DNA of 64,000 bases from Candidatus Saccharimonadota bacterium (GTDB taxonomy: Bacteria; Patescibacteriota; Saccharimonadia; Saccharimonadales; JAQGHD01): contig JAQGHD010000008.1 in NCBI GenBank assembly GCA_028288965.1, positions 22,390 through 86,389 on the forward strand, read 5' to 3'. The notes below the pieces were generated by a model. The model searched no databases and had not been told where the DNA came from. It was given only the letters and a program-made list of their open reading frames with translations. Positions within the stretch are counted from its first letter, which is position 1. Each line of letters starts with the position of its first letter. The translations under genes were made by a program, and so were the position numbers. Shown here one piece after another: positions 30,375 through 37,659 of the stretch.

Positions 30375-30981
30375 TGTTATTGAGTACAGTCCTAATGTTT
30401 GCAAGGGTTTGTGTCTCTTGAGCGTCACCATTAGATTTTGCTGAACAGCTTGCTCCTGGTTCGGCTGGAGCAATGTAATAGTAATCACCTATTAGTGCGG
30501 GTTTGATATTATGAACCGTTTTATCACTAGACGTCATTACCGAGTCATATATTTCTTTGAATGTGGATGTTTCAGTGCCGGGCGCAGGATAAGTATCGGT
30601 AGCTTTGCCTCTTGCCACTTGTACTGAATTCGTTGTGCATGATGGCAAGAGGGTATCTAACTGCTTTGTTCTAAAAGAGGCAACGCTATTATTTAGAGTG
30701 TAGTAGAGGTCTGTCGTATTAGCATCCAAGGGTACTTGAACACCCCATTCTTTAACTGTCAGTGATTTTTGAGTAGTGGTCATAGATTGAGGGGAAGAGG
30801 ATGTCGGCGTTTTAGTGACTTTTTGAGGGGTACTTGCTCCTTGAGAAGTGTTATTGAGGGTTTTGTTGGTATCTTTCTGAGATTTATAGACATACCACCC
30901 AACAAAACCAATCACCCCAACGATTATTAGAATGAGTAAGGCTTCGACTGCCGAAAAGCCTTTACTATTTAACTTTTTCAT
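30364..30981 (-). CDS. Type IV pilin-like protein (cassette cargo)
   Basis: Class III signal peptide KG|FSAVE plus hydrophobic helix; VKEWGV-type C-domain. Confidence 0.85.
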   Translation of the reverse strand: MKKLNSKGFSAVEALLILIIVGVIGFVGWYVYKSQKDTNKTLNNTSQGASTPQKVTKTPTSSSPQSMTTTQKSLTVKEWGVQVPLDANTTDLYYTLNNSVASFRTKQLDTLLPSCTTNSVQVARGKATDTYPAPGTETSTFKEIYDSVMTSSDKTVHNIKPALIGDYYYIAPAEPGASCSAKSNGDAQETQTLANIRTVLNNIKQ

Positions 30982-31005
30982 AAAGATTCCTTGATTATTA
31001 GCTTA

Positions 31006-31034
31006 AGCATAATTGAAGCCTGATAACTTTGCAA
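31006..31034 (-). promoter_or_regulatory. Promoter TTGCAA-N17-TATGCT
   Basis: Same architecture upstream of all four pilin cargo genes. Confidence 0.75.
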
Positions 31035-31056
31035 TTTGACCAAGTGATAGTGGAAC

Positions 31057-31743
31057 CTAGTTGATTGTTAGTGAGTCAAAAGCTTTAGTAAATGTTGTCC
31101 AATAATCTGCAGCGGCCTTAACATTTAGTTCTTCATTTACACTCCCGAATGAATAGGTTTTGTTGCCAATGGCAAATAGATACAGCTTTGAGTCTATGCC
31201 AGAGTTGGTGACAGCATACTGGGTTGATGATTTGCCCTTCAGTTTATTAGTTGTTTTGGTGACCTTATTCAGAGAAGATTGAGCATAATAACCATCATAA
31301 AACGATGTTGCTGTGGCCAGCTTTTCATCCAGGACCTCCACAACCACTGTATTGCTATATTTAGCACCACCTACAAGTTTCAGGCCTGTGCCAAATTGTT
31401 GCCTTGTTGCGCTACCGTTAGTCTCTGCTGCACTGCTTGAGACTTCGTCACTGGTTGTCCAGGTCGTTGGATATTTATAACTAAAGCCATACGTAGAGTT
31501 TGTGTACGTTTTCCAGCCGGCATACACGTCGACAGCTGGTGTTGTGGCTGCTGGTTTAGTAGCGGCACTTGGCTTGGTTGTTGTCGCATTTTGGTTATTT
31601 GCGACATTGTTGTATGAAGTATTGGTTTTGTTTCTTGATTGATATACATACCAGCCCACAAAACCAATGACCCCAACAGTTGTCGCGATTAATAAGCCTT
31701 CGACAGCACTAAAACCCGTTTGATTTTTGTTTAATTTGTCCAT
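31057..31743 (-). CDS. Type IV pilin-like protein with PsbP-like domain (cassette cargo)
   Basis: TG|FSAVE; YAGWKTYTN..YGFSYKYPTTW. Confidence 0.85.
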   Translation of the reverse strand: MDKLNKNQTGFSAVEGLLIATTVGVIGFVGWYVYQSRNKTNTSYNNVANNQNATTTKPSAATKPAATTPAVDVYAGWKTYTNSTYGFSYKYPTTWTTSDEVSSSAAETNGSATRQQFGTGLKLVGGAKYSNTVVVEVLDEKLATATSFYDGYYAQSSLNKVTKTTNKLKGKSSTQYAVTNSGIDSKLYLFAIGNKTYSFGSVNEELNVKAAADYWTTFTKAFDSLTIN

Positions 31744-31777
31744 TCTGAACGATTCCTTAGATTAAGTAATTATTTTA

Positions 31778-31806
31778 AGCATAAGCGTGGCTAGAGTAAA
31801 TTGCAA
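31778..31806 (-). promoter_or_regulatory. Promoter TTGCAA-N17-TATGCT
   Basis: 17-nt spacer; -35 abuts repeat R4. Confidence 0.75.
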
Positions 31807-31807
31807 T

Positions 31808-31949
31808 AAAAATGACCTCCGGTGAAGGAGGTCAAATATGCTTGATAGCCCTGGTACATTCGAACTGGAACGTACTTCCTGGGGAGCTATCTCGTTGGCT
31901 AGAAATATCTAGAGGCAAGTCAAAAGTAAGCTACTCTACCGGGCGGTAG
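31808..31949 (+). repeat. Array repeat R4
   Basis: TGACCTCC-N6-GGAGGTCA, TGATAGC (31843-31849), CCTGGTACATTCGAACTGGAAC. Confidence 0.88.
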
Positions 31950-31955
31950 TGGAAC

Positions 31956-32648
31956 CTAAATTACCTTAACTGTCTTAACAACTTGCTCGATTGTATCACT
32001 GACATTTTCTGCGCCAGACTGTACGGTGTAGCCAAATGTTAGTCTTGAGGCGCCTAATTGCACGCAGTACCCGTAAAACTTATCTCCCTTGACAAGACTT
32101 TGAGCGCCTGTATTAGTAGCAACATCACCGGATTCGACATCTGTATACACATCATTTCCACTGTCAGTTTTAAGAGCTAGTTTGTAGGCTGGTAACTCTG
32201 AACATTTGCCTGTATTTGATGAAGCGGCACCGTAGTCCATAAAGAAGCCGTATGTAAATTCACCCGGACCCGAATACGTTGAGTATTCTTTAACAACTGC
32301 CTTCTGACCAGCTTTGTACTTTATGTCGTCATTCTTGGCAAAAAAGCTATCATTGCTTTCCTGCTTTTTAGTAATCGTCCAGCCGTCAGCAAATCGAATT
32401 GAATAGTGAGGGGCCTTGTATTCCAGCCAACTATCAGACACTTTCTTTTCTGGTGCAGCCGTTTTGGTCTCGCTCTTTTTTGTCGATGTTTGAGAACTGA
32501 TTGTTGATTGTGATGCGTTGCTAAGGCTTTTGTTTGCGTCCTTATTTGATTTATATACATACCAGCCCACAAAACCAATTATGCCCACTATGACTAGGAT
32601 TAATAGCCCCTCAACTGCCGAGAAGCCCCTAGAATTTAACTTTTTCAT
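31956..32648 (-). CDS. Type IV pilin-like protein (cassette cargo)
   Basis: RG|FSAVE; WLEYKAPHYSIRFADGW. Confidence 0.85.
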   Translation of the reverse strand: MKKLNSRGFSAVEGLLILVIVGIIGFVGWYVYKSNKDANKSLSNASQSTISSQTSTKKSETKTAAPEKKVSDSWLEYKAPHYSIRFADGWTITKKQESNDSFFAKNDDIKYKAGQKAVVKEYSTYSGPGEFTYGFFMDYGAASSNTGKCSELPAYKLALKTDSGNDVYTDVESGDVATNTGAQSLVKGDKFYGYCVQLGASRLTFGYTVQSGAENVSDTIEQVVKTVKVI

Positions 32649-32671
32649 TTAAGTTCCTTTAAGTTAGCTTA

Positions 32672-32700
32672 AGCATAAGCGAAAAATAATCCCAAAGCAA
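32672..32700 (-). promoter_or_regulatory. Promoter TTGCTT-N17-TATGCT
   Basis: 17-nt spacer; -35 abuts repeat R5. Confidence 0.7.
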
Positions 32701-32701
32701 T

Positions 32702-32822
32702 AAAAAAGACCCCTTGCAAAAGAGGTTGAATAGACTTGGTAGCCCAAATACATTCGAATTGGAACTTAATGCTTGCGGAGTTAAGCCGCTGGATGCAATC
32801 ATCTGGAGAGGCAACAGTGTAG
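32702..32822 (+). repeat. Array repeat R5
   Basis: AAAAAAGACCCC...GAGGTT, TGGTAGC (32737-32743), CCAAATACATTCGAATTGGAAC. Confidence 0.88.
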
Positions 32823-32970
32823 TCTTTATTCTTCCAATGTAATCGGTATGGCACTACTTTTTTCTTGTTGACACTGTAGTACATGACCACCGGTACTTCT
32901 TTGTTGATTTTCTCTCGTATAAAATTACTCCTTGTTGACTAACTTACAAACTTAGAATTTAATATGCCTT

Positions 32971-33309
32971 ATGGATATATTGAAACCTATGCAAGAACTT
33001 GAGGCACATTCTGCTCACATTGGAGCCATAGCTGATGCTGTTATTGCTGAAATAAATGCTGCTAGCAAAGATGAGCTACAAGCTCAAGTCGATGCGGTAC
33101 CTAATATAGGCAATGCGGCAAGTCACTTGGTTGATTACTACGCAGACGGTCTAGAGCCATTAAGCGATGAAGAACAGGGGCTCTGGAAAGATGCATTTAT
33201 GATTGGTTTACTTACTCGGCATTTATTATCTACAGAAGAAGTTCCAGTTCCCCCACCTGTACTAGGTTCGCCCCCTGAGCTACCTGACTTTTACGGTGAA
33301 GTCAACTAG
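32971..33309 (+). CDS. Hypothetical acidic protein (cassette cargo)
   Basis: 112-aa ORF between R5 and R6. Confidence 0.6.
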   Translation: MDILKPMQELEAHSAHIGAIADAVIAEINAASKDELQAQVDAVPNIGNAASHLVDYYADGLEPLSDEEQGLWKDAFMIGLLTRHLLSTEEVPVPPPVLGSPPELPDFYGEVN

Positions 33310-33342
33310 TATTCAGCCCACTTTACAGATTGATGTACATTG

Positions 33343-33452
33343 AAAAAGACTCCGAAGAGCCCTCTAAATCTTTGTAGCCCAAGTACATTCGAGTTGGAAC
33401 CTACTCTCGGCGGAGTTAAATCGCTGGATGCAATCATCTAGAGAGGCAACAG
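33343..33452 (+). repeat. Array repeat R6
   Basis: AAAAAGACTC.., TTGTAGC (33372-33378), CCAAGTACATTCGAGTTGGAAC; tail very similar to R5. Confidence 0.88.
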
Positions 33453-33493
33453 CGCTTTATTGCATGTGTTTCGCAGGACGTAATATTAATTAT

Positions 33494-34138
33494 CTATAAA
33501 GCCACAAAGCTGCTTGTGAGTGCTCCTACTGCATCCTTAGTTTGTTTCACAAGTGCCGACGAAGAACAATCAGATTGACCACTCCAGTAAATGTAATAGT
33601 AGTTGCCAACCTTTGAGTAGCTAGGGGGTGTGCTATTGCCAGCTTTGAAGTCCTGGCTAAGAAAAGCTTGAGCTGTTACTTCACCTCCTTCAGCAGGGAT
33701 TTTATCTGTTGGCAAGTAGCGTCCAATGTAGCCCCCACCAGCGTTTTGGGTATCTGACGCACCACTTCTCCCGATTCCGCAATAAGGGTCACTTACCGCT
33801 GTAAGCTGCGTTGAGGTAAAGTACGCATTGTTGGTTGGGTATGGTTTTGTGCCAATGGCATATCGAAGTGTCAAAGTTCCATCATATGGTGCTTTTACTC
33901 CCCATTCTTTTACCTCAAAATACTTAGTTGTTGGTTTTGCGGCAGTCTCAGATGCTGCCGAAGTTGATTTCTTTGTGGTACTTGCAGCTTGGTTTGTCGC
34001 AGCTGCGTTGTTGTAGCTGGTTGTTGTCTTTTTATTACTATTCCAAACATACCAGCCGATAAAACCAATGACGCTGACAATAACCAAAATTAATAAGCCT
34101 TCAACTGCGCTGAAGCCTTTTTGATTTATTTTTTTCAT
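33494..34138 (-). CDS. Type IV pilin-like protein (tRNA-proximal cassette cargo)
   Basis: KG|FSAVE; VKEWGV-type C-domain; start refined to ATG 34138. Confidence 0.85.
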   Translation of the reverse strand: MKKINQKGFSAVEGLLILVIVSVIGFIGWYVWNSNKKTTTSYNNAAATNQAASTTKKSTSAASETAAKPTTKYFEVKEWGVKAPYDGTLTLRYAIGTKPYPTNNAYFTSTQLTAVSDPYCGIGRSGASDTQNAGGGYIGRYLPTDKIPAEGGEVTAQAFLSQDFKAGNSTPPSYSKVGNYYYIYWSGQSDCSSSALVKQTKDAVGALTSSFVAL

Positions 34139-34163
34139 AGAATCCTTGCTTAAATTTAGCTTA

Positions 34164-34192
34164 AGCATAATAGATGTTTAGTCGGGTTGCAA
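34164..34192 (-). promoter_or_regulatory. Promoter TTGCAA-N17-TATGCT
   Basis: 17-nt spacer. Confidence 0.75.
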
Positions 34193-34242
34193 TTCGACCA
34201 AGAAAGTCCAGAACCTAATTAACAAAGGTGGTTGGCTTAAGG

Positions 34243-34278
34243 AAATAAATAGAGACTGGTTTTGGAACCAATCTCTAT
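34243..34278 (-). terminator. Terminator downstream of initiator tRNA-Met
   Basis: TAGAGACTGGTT/AACCAATCTCTA stem followed by TTTATTT on the minus strand. Confidence 0.65.
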
Positions 34279-34292
34279 CTGTCATTCATTCT

Positions 34293-34367
34293 TGGTAGCG
34301 GGGGCGGGACTCGAACCCGCGACCTTGTGGTTATGAGCCACACGAGCTGCCACTGCTCTACCCCGCG
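34293..34367 (-). tRNA. tRNA-Met(CAT), initiator type
   Basis: Full cloverleaf CGCGGGG...CTCATAA...TTCGAGT...CCCCGCTACCA; C1-U72 mismatch and A11:U24 pair. Confidence 0.95.
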
Positions 34368-34446
34368 ATAACGCACTATGAAAAGACAAGTGAGTGCAAC
34401 ATATAGTACCAAACAGAGGTGGATTTGTCAATTCACGCGCCTAAGC

Positions 34447-34899
34447 TTAGGGAGTGCTGCTTTGGCGATGCAAGAAGAAATTCATCCAGGCGCGGAAGTT
34501 CTTTTCGTGGGCTGACTCTGGTGAAGCAGCCGCAAGGACCTTAGCTTTGCTGGCAGTATCAACGGTATGTGAGTAGGCCACGGTTTTGGGCACCAATATT
34601 TCTGTTTCTCCAGGTGCAGCTTTGCCAAATTGCCTTCTGGCCGAAAGTTCTAGGTATTGATCGGTATTGTAATACTGGTTTTTGAGGCGGACGTTATCGT
34701 TCTCTAACTTTTGCACGCTGTTTTGCTGCTCCAGGGCGCTTATTTGGCGCTGCAGTTCATAGTTACTTTGAATGACTTTCACGCCGCTCCAGCTAACCAT
34801 CAGCACCAGTATTGCAAAGACGGCTTGGCTAAAAACGCGAATGTCTTTAAGCTGTGAAACGCGAGCAGTTTGTAGGATGGTTTTTATTTTATTAAGCAT
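34447..34899 (-). CDS. Septum formation initiator (FtsB/DivIC) family protein
   Basis: TM, coiled coil, YLELSARRQFGKAAPGE. Confidence 0.8.
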   Translation of the reverse strand: MLNKIKTILQTARVSQLKDIRVFSQAVFAILVLMVSWSGVKVIQSNYELQRQISALEQQNSVQKLENDNVRLKNQYYNTDQYLELSARRQFGKAAPGETEILVPKTVAYSHTVDTASKAKVLAAASPESAHEKNFRAWMNFFLHRQSSTP

Positions 34900-34978
34900 A
34901 CTGGTTTACATTATATAATCTAATCCTAAATCTGCTATACTGGCCTCTGTTATCTGCTATCAAGCAGCTAAGCCAGCT

Positions 34979-35054
34979 GGGGGCGTAGCTCATCGGTTAG
35001 AGCAGGCGGCTCATAACCGCTTGGTAGATGGTTAGATTCCATCCTCCCCCACCA
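34979..35054 (+). tRNA. tRNA with CAT anticodon, probably tRNA-Ile2 (lysidine)
   Basis: Cloverleaf with AGCAGGCGGCTCATAACCGCTTGG arm resembling Ile2; encoded CCA; atypical T-loop TTAGATT. Confidence 0.85.
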
Positions 35055-35375
35055 TTTTGGATTTCAGTGGCTTTTACCAACATCGCGAACGGTTCAATAT
35101 ATTATGGGGCTTGTTTTTGAGTTTCGGACAGGCTTTGGTTGAGCTGAGTTTGCTTAGGTGATTTAGCATTTATAGATCGTAATAATAATATGCCGTAGAT
35201 CAGGGTAAAGATAAGTACCATTAGCAGGATGACCGTTTGAGGTCGCAAAACAGAAACCCTTGGACTAATGCGTATCATGCAAATCAGTATCATCTAGTGC
35301 GATCTTAAACACAAGCGTTATGAGTTGCCTGGTTTGAGCTGTTACTTGCAACTCTCTTATGGTAAAACTAGAGCA

Positions 35376-36074
35376 ATGTTACGCCGGACTTGTCCCGTTT
35401 GCCACCATAAGCCACTAACGGTTACCAAAGATTATTTGGTTTGTTATCATTGCCACACCTTTAACAAGCGGCTTAACTTCTTACAGCGGCCATTGGCTTG
35501 GGCTACACAGCGGGGCTGGTGGCTGAGGCTTCCGATTTTGATCTACGTTATCTGGGTATTGCTGCAACTGTTGCCGCATATGCGTGATTTGTATATTGGC
35601 TTACAAAACCGTCGTGATGTACTTTGGCTGCTAGATTTTGGCATTCATGAACTGGGTCACATATTGTTTAAGCCGTTTGGTGAGTTTATGTACATTGCTG
35701 GGGGCAGCCTTTTTCAGTGCTTGTTTCCCCTTATGGGCGTGGTGGCCTTTTGGCAAATTCGCTGGTATTTTGCCAGCGCCATGTGTTGGCCCTGGTTGGG
35801 CATGAACTTGTTCCAGGTGGCCGATTACGCTGCTGATGCTCGTGCCCGCTTACTGCCACTAGCCAGCTTGGGCGGTGATTATGATAAAGCGCACGATTGG
35901 TATCAAATACTTAGCCGCCTAAACAGATTAGATCAAGATCAGATCATTGCCTATCATCTTCGCCAGGCGGGAGTCGCGACCATGGTAATTGGTATTGTGC
36001 TGGGCTCGATTCTGGTGTGGTATATGGGGTTATATGGCTTCTATCGTGTTTTAGACCGCCATCGCAAGGCCTAG
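35376..36074 (+). CDS. Membrane protein with N-terminal CxxC pairs and HExxH (M50-like)
   Basis: CPVC...CYHC; IHELGH; AGGS..Q; HDW. Confidence 0.65.
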   Translation: MLRRTCPVCHHKPLTVTKDYLVCYHCHTFNKRLNFLQRPLAWATQRGWWLRLPILIYVIWVLLQLLPHMRDLYIGLQNRRDVLWLLDFGIHELGHILFKPFGEFMYIAGGSLFQCLFPLMGVVAFWQIRWYFASAMCWPWLGMNLFQVADYAADARARLLPLASLGGDYDKAHDWYQILSRLNRLDQDQIIAYHLRQAGVATMVIGIVLGSILVWYMGLYGFYRVLDRHRKA

Positions 36075-36094
36075 AAGCAGTACAATATATAGGT

Positions 36095-36760
36095 ATGAGA
36101 TTTATTAAGGTAACTGATAGTGAGCCAGTAGCCAAGGCTATAGCCCAAAAGCTCTTGGCGGCTTTGGCGGACGATCAGCACGTGCTTTGGTTAGTACCGG
36201 GCGGGTCAGCTATTGCCGTGGCGGCCCGAGTGAGCCAGCTGCTGAGCGGTGTCAATCTCCAGTGCTTGAGTATGACTTTAACGGATGAGCGTTATGGGCC
36301 GGTTGGCCACGCTGATTCTAACTGGCAACAGCTCAAAGCCGCTGGTTTTGCTTTGCCGGGCGCTCACCTGGTGCCGGTGCTGATCGGTAAAGACCTACCC
36401 AGCACCACCGAAGCTTTTGCGCAGCAGTTGGCAGCGCTGCTGCACAACGCCAGCTACAGCTTAGGCTTGTTTGGCATTGGCCCGGATGGGCATACGGCCG
36501 GCATTTTGCCGGGCAGCCTGGCTGTCACTAGCTCGGCGCTGGCCGCCAGTTATGACGCCGGCAATTTTCAGCGCATTTCCATGACGCCGCTGGCCATAGC
36601 CAAACTGGATGCGGCAGTGGTCTACGCCACGGGGGAGGCCAAGCAGCCGGTACTAGACGCCCTGGAGCAGTCACTGTCCCTAGACAAACAACCGGCCCAA
36701 AGCCTCAAAACAATTTCCGAACTTAACATATATAATGATTACAAAGGAGTACGCAAATGA
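36095..36760 (+). CDS. pgl: 6-phosphogluconolactonase
   Basis: PGGSA, TDERY, SN, GIGPDGHTAG; operon with gnd and zwf. Confidence 0.85.
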   Translation: MRFIKVTDSEPVAKAIAQKLLAALADDQHVLWLVPGGSAIAVAARVSQLLSGVNLQCLSMTLTDERYGPVGHADSNWQQLKAAGFALPGAHLVPVLIGKDLPSTTEAFAQQLAALLHNASYSLGLFGIGPDGHTAGILPGSLAVTSSALAASYDAGNFQRISMTPLAIAKLDAAVVYATGEAKQPVLDALEQSLSLDKQPAQSLKTISELNIYNDYKGVRK

Positions 36761-37659
36761 AGATTGCTGTAGCTGGACTAGGGCGCATGGGCATGCAGAT
36801 TGCCCGCAAGTTAGCCGAAAACGGGCACGAGGTAATTGCCCATAACCGCAGCCGGGATCCCATTGATGTGGCGGTAACCTACGGCGTGACGGCTGCTTAC
36901 ACCAAAGCCGATGTGGCCAAAGCTTTTGACGGGAAACAGTTTGTACTGTGGATTATGATTCCCACCGCCGTGCTTGATGAGGAACTGGCGGCCTGGCTCA
37001 AAATTATGCCCAAAGGCAGCACCATCATTGATGGCGGCAATTCCGATTACCGGCACACACTAGTGCGGGCCAAGAAAGTGGCGGACGCTGGCTTGCATCT
37101 GTTGGACGTTGGTACCAGCGGCGGTGTGTGGGGCTACCAAAATGGTTTTTCGATGATGGCCGGTGGACCACAGCCCGCGTTTGAAGCAATTGAGCCAGTG
37201 CTCAAGACCTTGGCTCAGCCCACCGGGGCCTACCATTATTTTGGCCCCAGCGGCTCCGGCCACTACGTCAAAATGGTCCATAACGCTATTGAATACGGCA
37301 TGATGGAATCTCTGGCCGAAGGCTACCGGATGCTTCACGACGGGCCGTTTAAAGAGCTCGATTTGGCCGCCGCCGGGGAAGTCTGGCAGCACGGCAGCGT
37401 GGTGACGTCTTGGTTGAATGAACTGTCGCGCCACGCGCTCAGTGAGAGTCCAGATCTAAAGGGCGTTGATGGCTACGTGGCCGAGACTGGCGAAGCCCGC
37501 TGGACGCTAGAGACCGCCAAGGATTTAGGCATTCCGTTGCCCTCTATTCAGGCGGCTTTTGATGTGCGTCTGGCCTCGCAAAAGGGTGACGTTAACTTTG
37601 CTACCAAACTAGTGGCGGCGATGCGCAATAAATTTGGCGGACATAGTATAAACAAGTGA
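36757..37659 (+). CDS. gnd: 6-phosphogluconate dehydrogenase, short type
   Basis: GLGRMG, IDGGNS, DVGTSGG, GHYVKMVHNAIEYG, AMRNKFGGH. Confidence 0.95.
   Translation: MKIAVAGLGRMGMQIARKLAENGHEVIAHNRSRDPIDVAVTYGVTAAYTKADVAKAFDGKQFVLWIMIPTAVLDEELAAWLKIMPKGSTIIDGGNSDYRHTLVRAKKVADAGLHLLDVGTSGGVWGYQNGFSMMAGGPQPAFEAIEPVLKTLAQPTGAYHYFGPSGSGHYVKMVHNAIEYGMMESLAEGYRMLHDGPFKELDLAAAGEVWQHGSVVTSWLNELSRHALSESPDLKGVDGYVAETGEARWTLETAKDLGIPLPSIQAAFDVRLASQKGDVNFATKLVAAMRNKFGGHSINK

Larger units (their letters stand above)
28559..34299. mobile_element. tRNA-Met-anchored array of six putative integrated gene cassettes
   Basis: Six composite repeats sharing the tRNA 3'-end core TGGTAGC delimit the cargo genes; mechanism inferred. 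Confidence 0.7.

Noticed and set aside
32669..32890. 73-aa minus-strand ORF, and likewise 28637-28852 and 28671-28892
   Set aside because: They overlap repeat, promoter or terminator sequence and have no recognisable protein features; probably spurious
28593..33400. Array repeats as tRNA genes or plain tRNA 3' duplications
   Set aside because: Only GCTACCA and a TTCGAA-like loop match; no T-stem, anticodon arm or D arm can be formed
28559..33452. Array repeats as a CRISPR array
   Set aside because: Spacing is 0.6-1.5 kb with whole genes between copies, the copies are degenerate, and there are no cas genes in the window
28559..33452. Array repeats as classical integron attC sites
   Set aside because: No RYYYAAC...GTTRRRY-bounded long imperfect palindrome and no intI; the shared core matches the tRNA 3' end instead
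30364..34138. Diversity-generating retroelement or shufflon acting on the pilins
   Set aside because: No reverse transcriptase, no TR/VR pair differing at adenines, no invertase; every pilin gene is complete and in the same orientation
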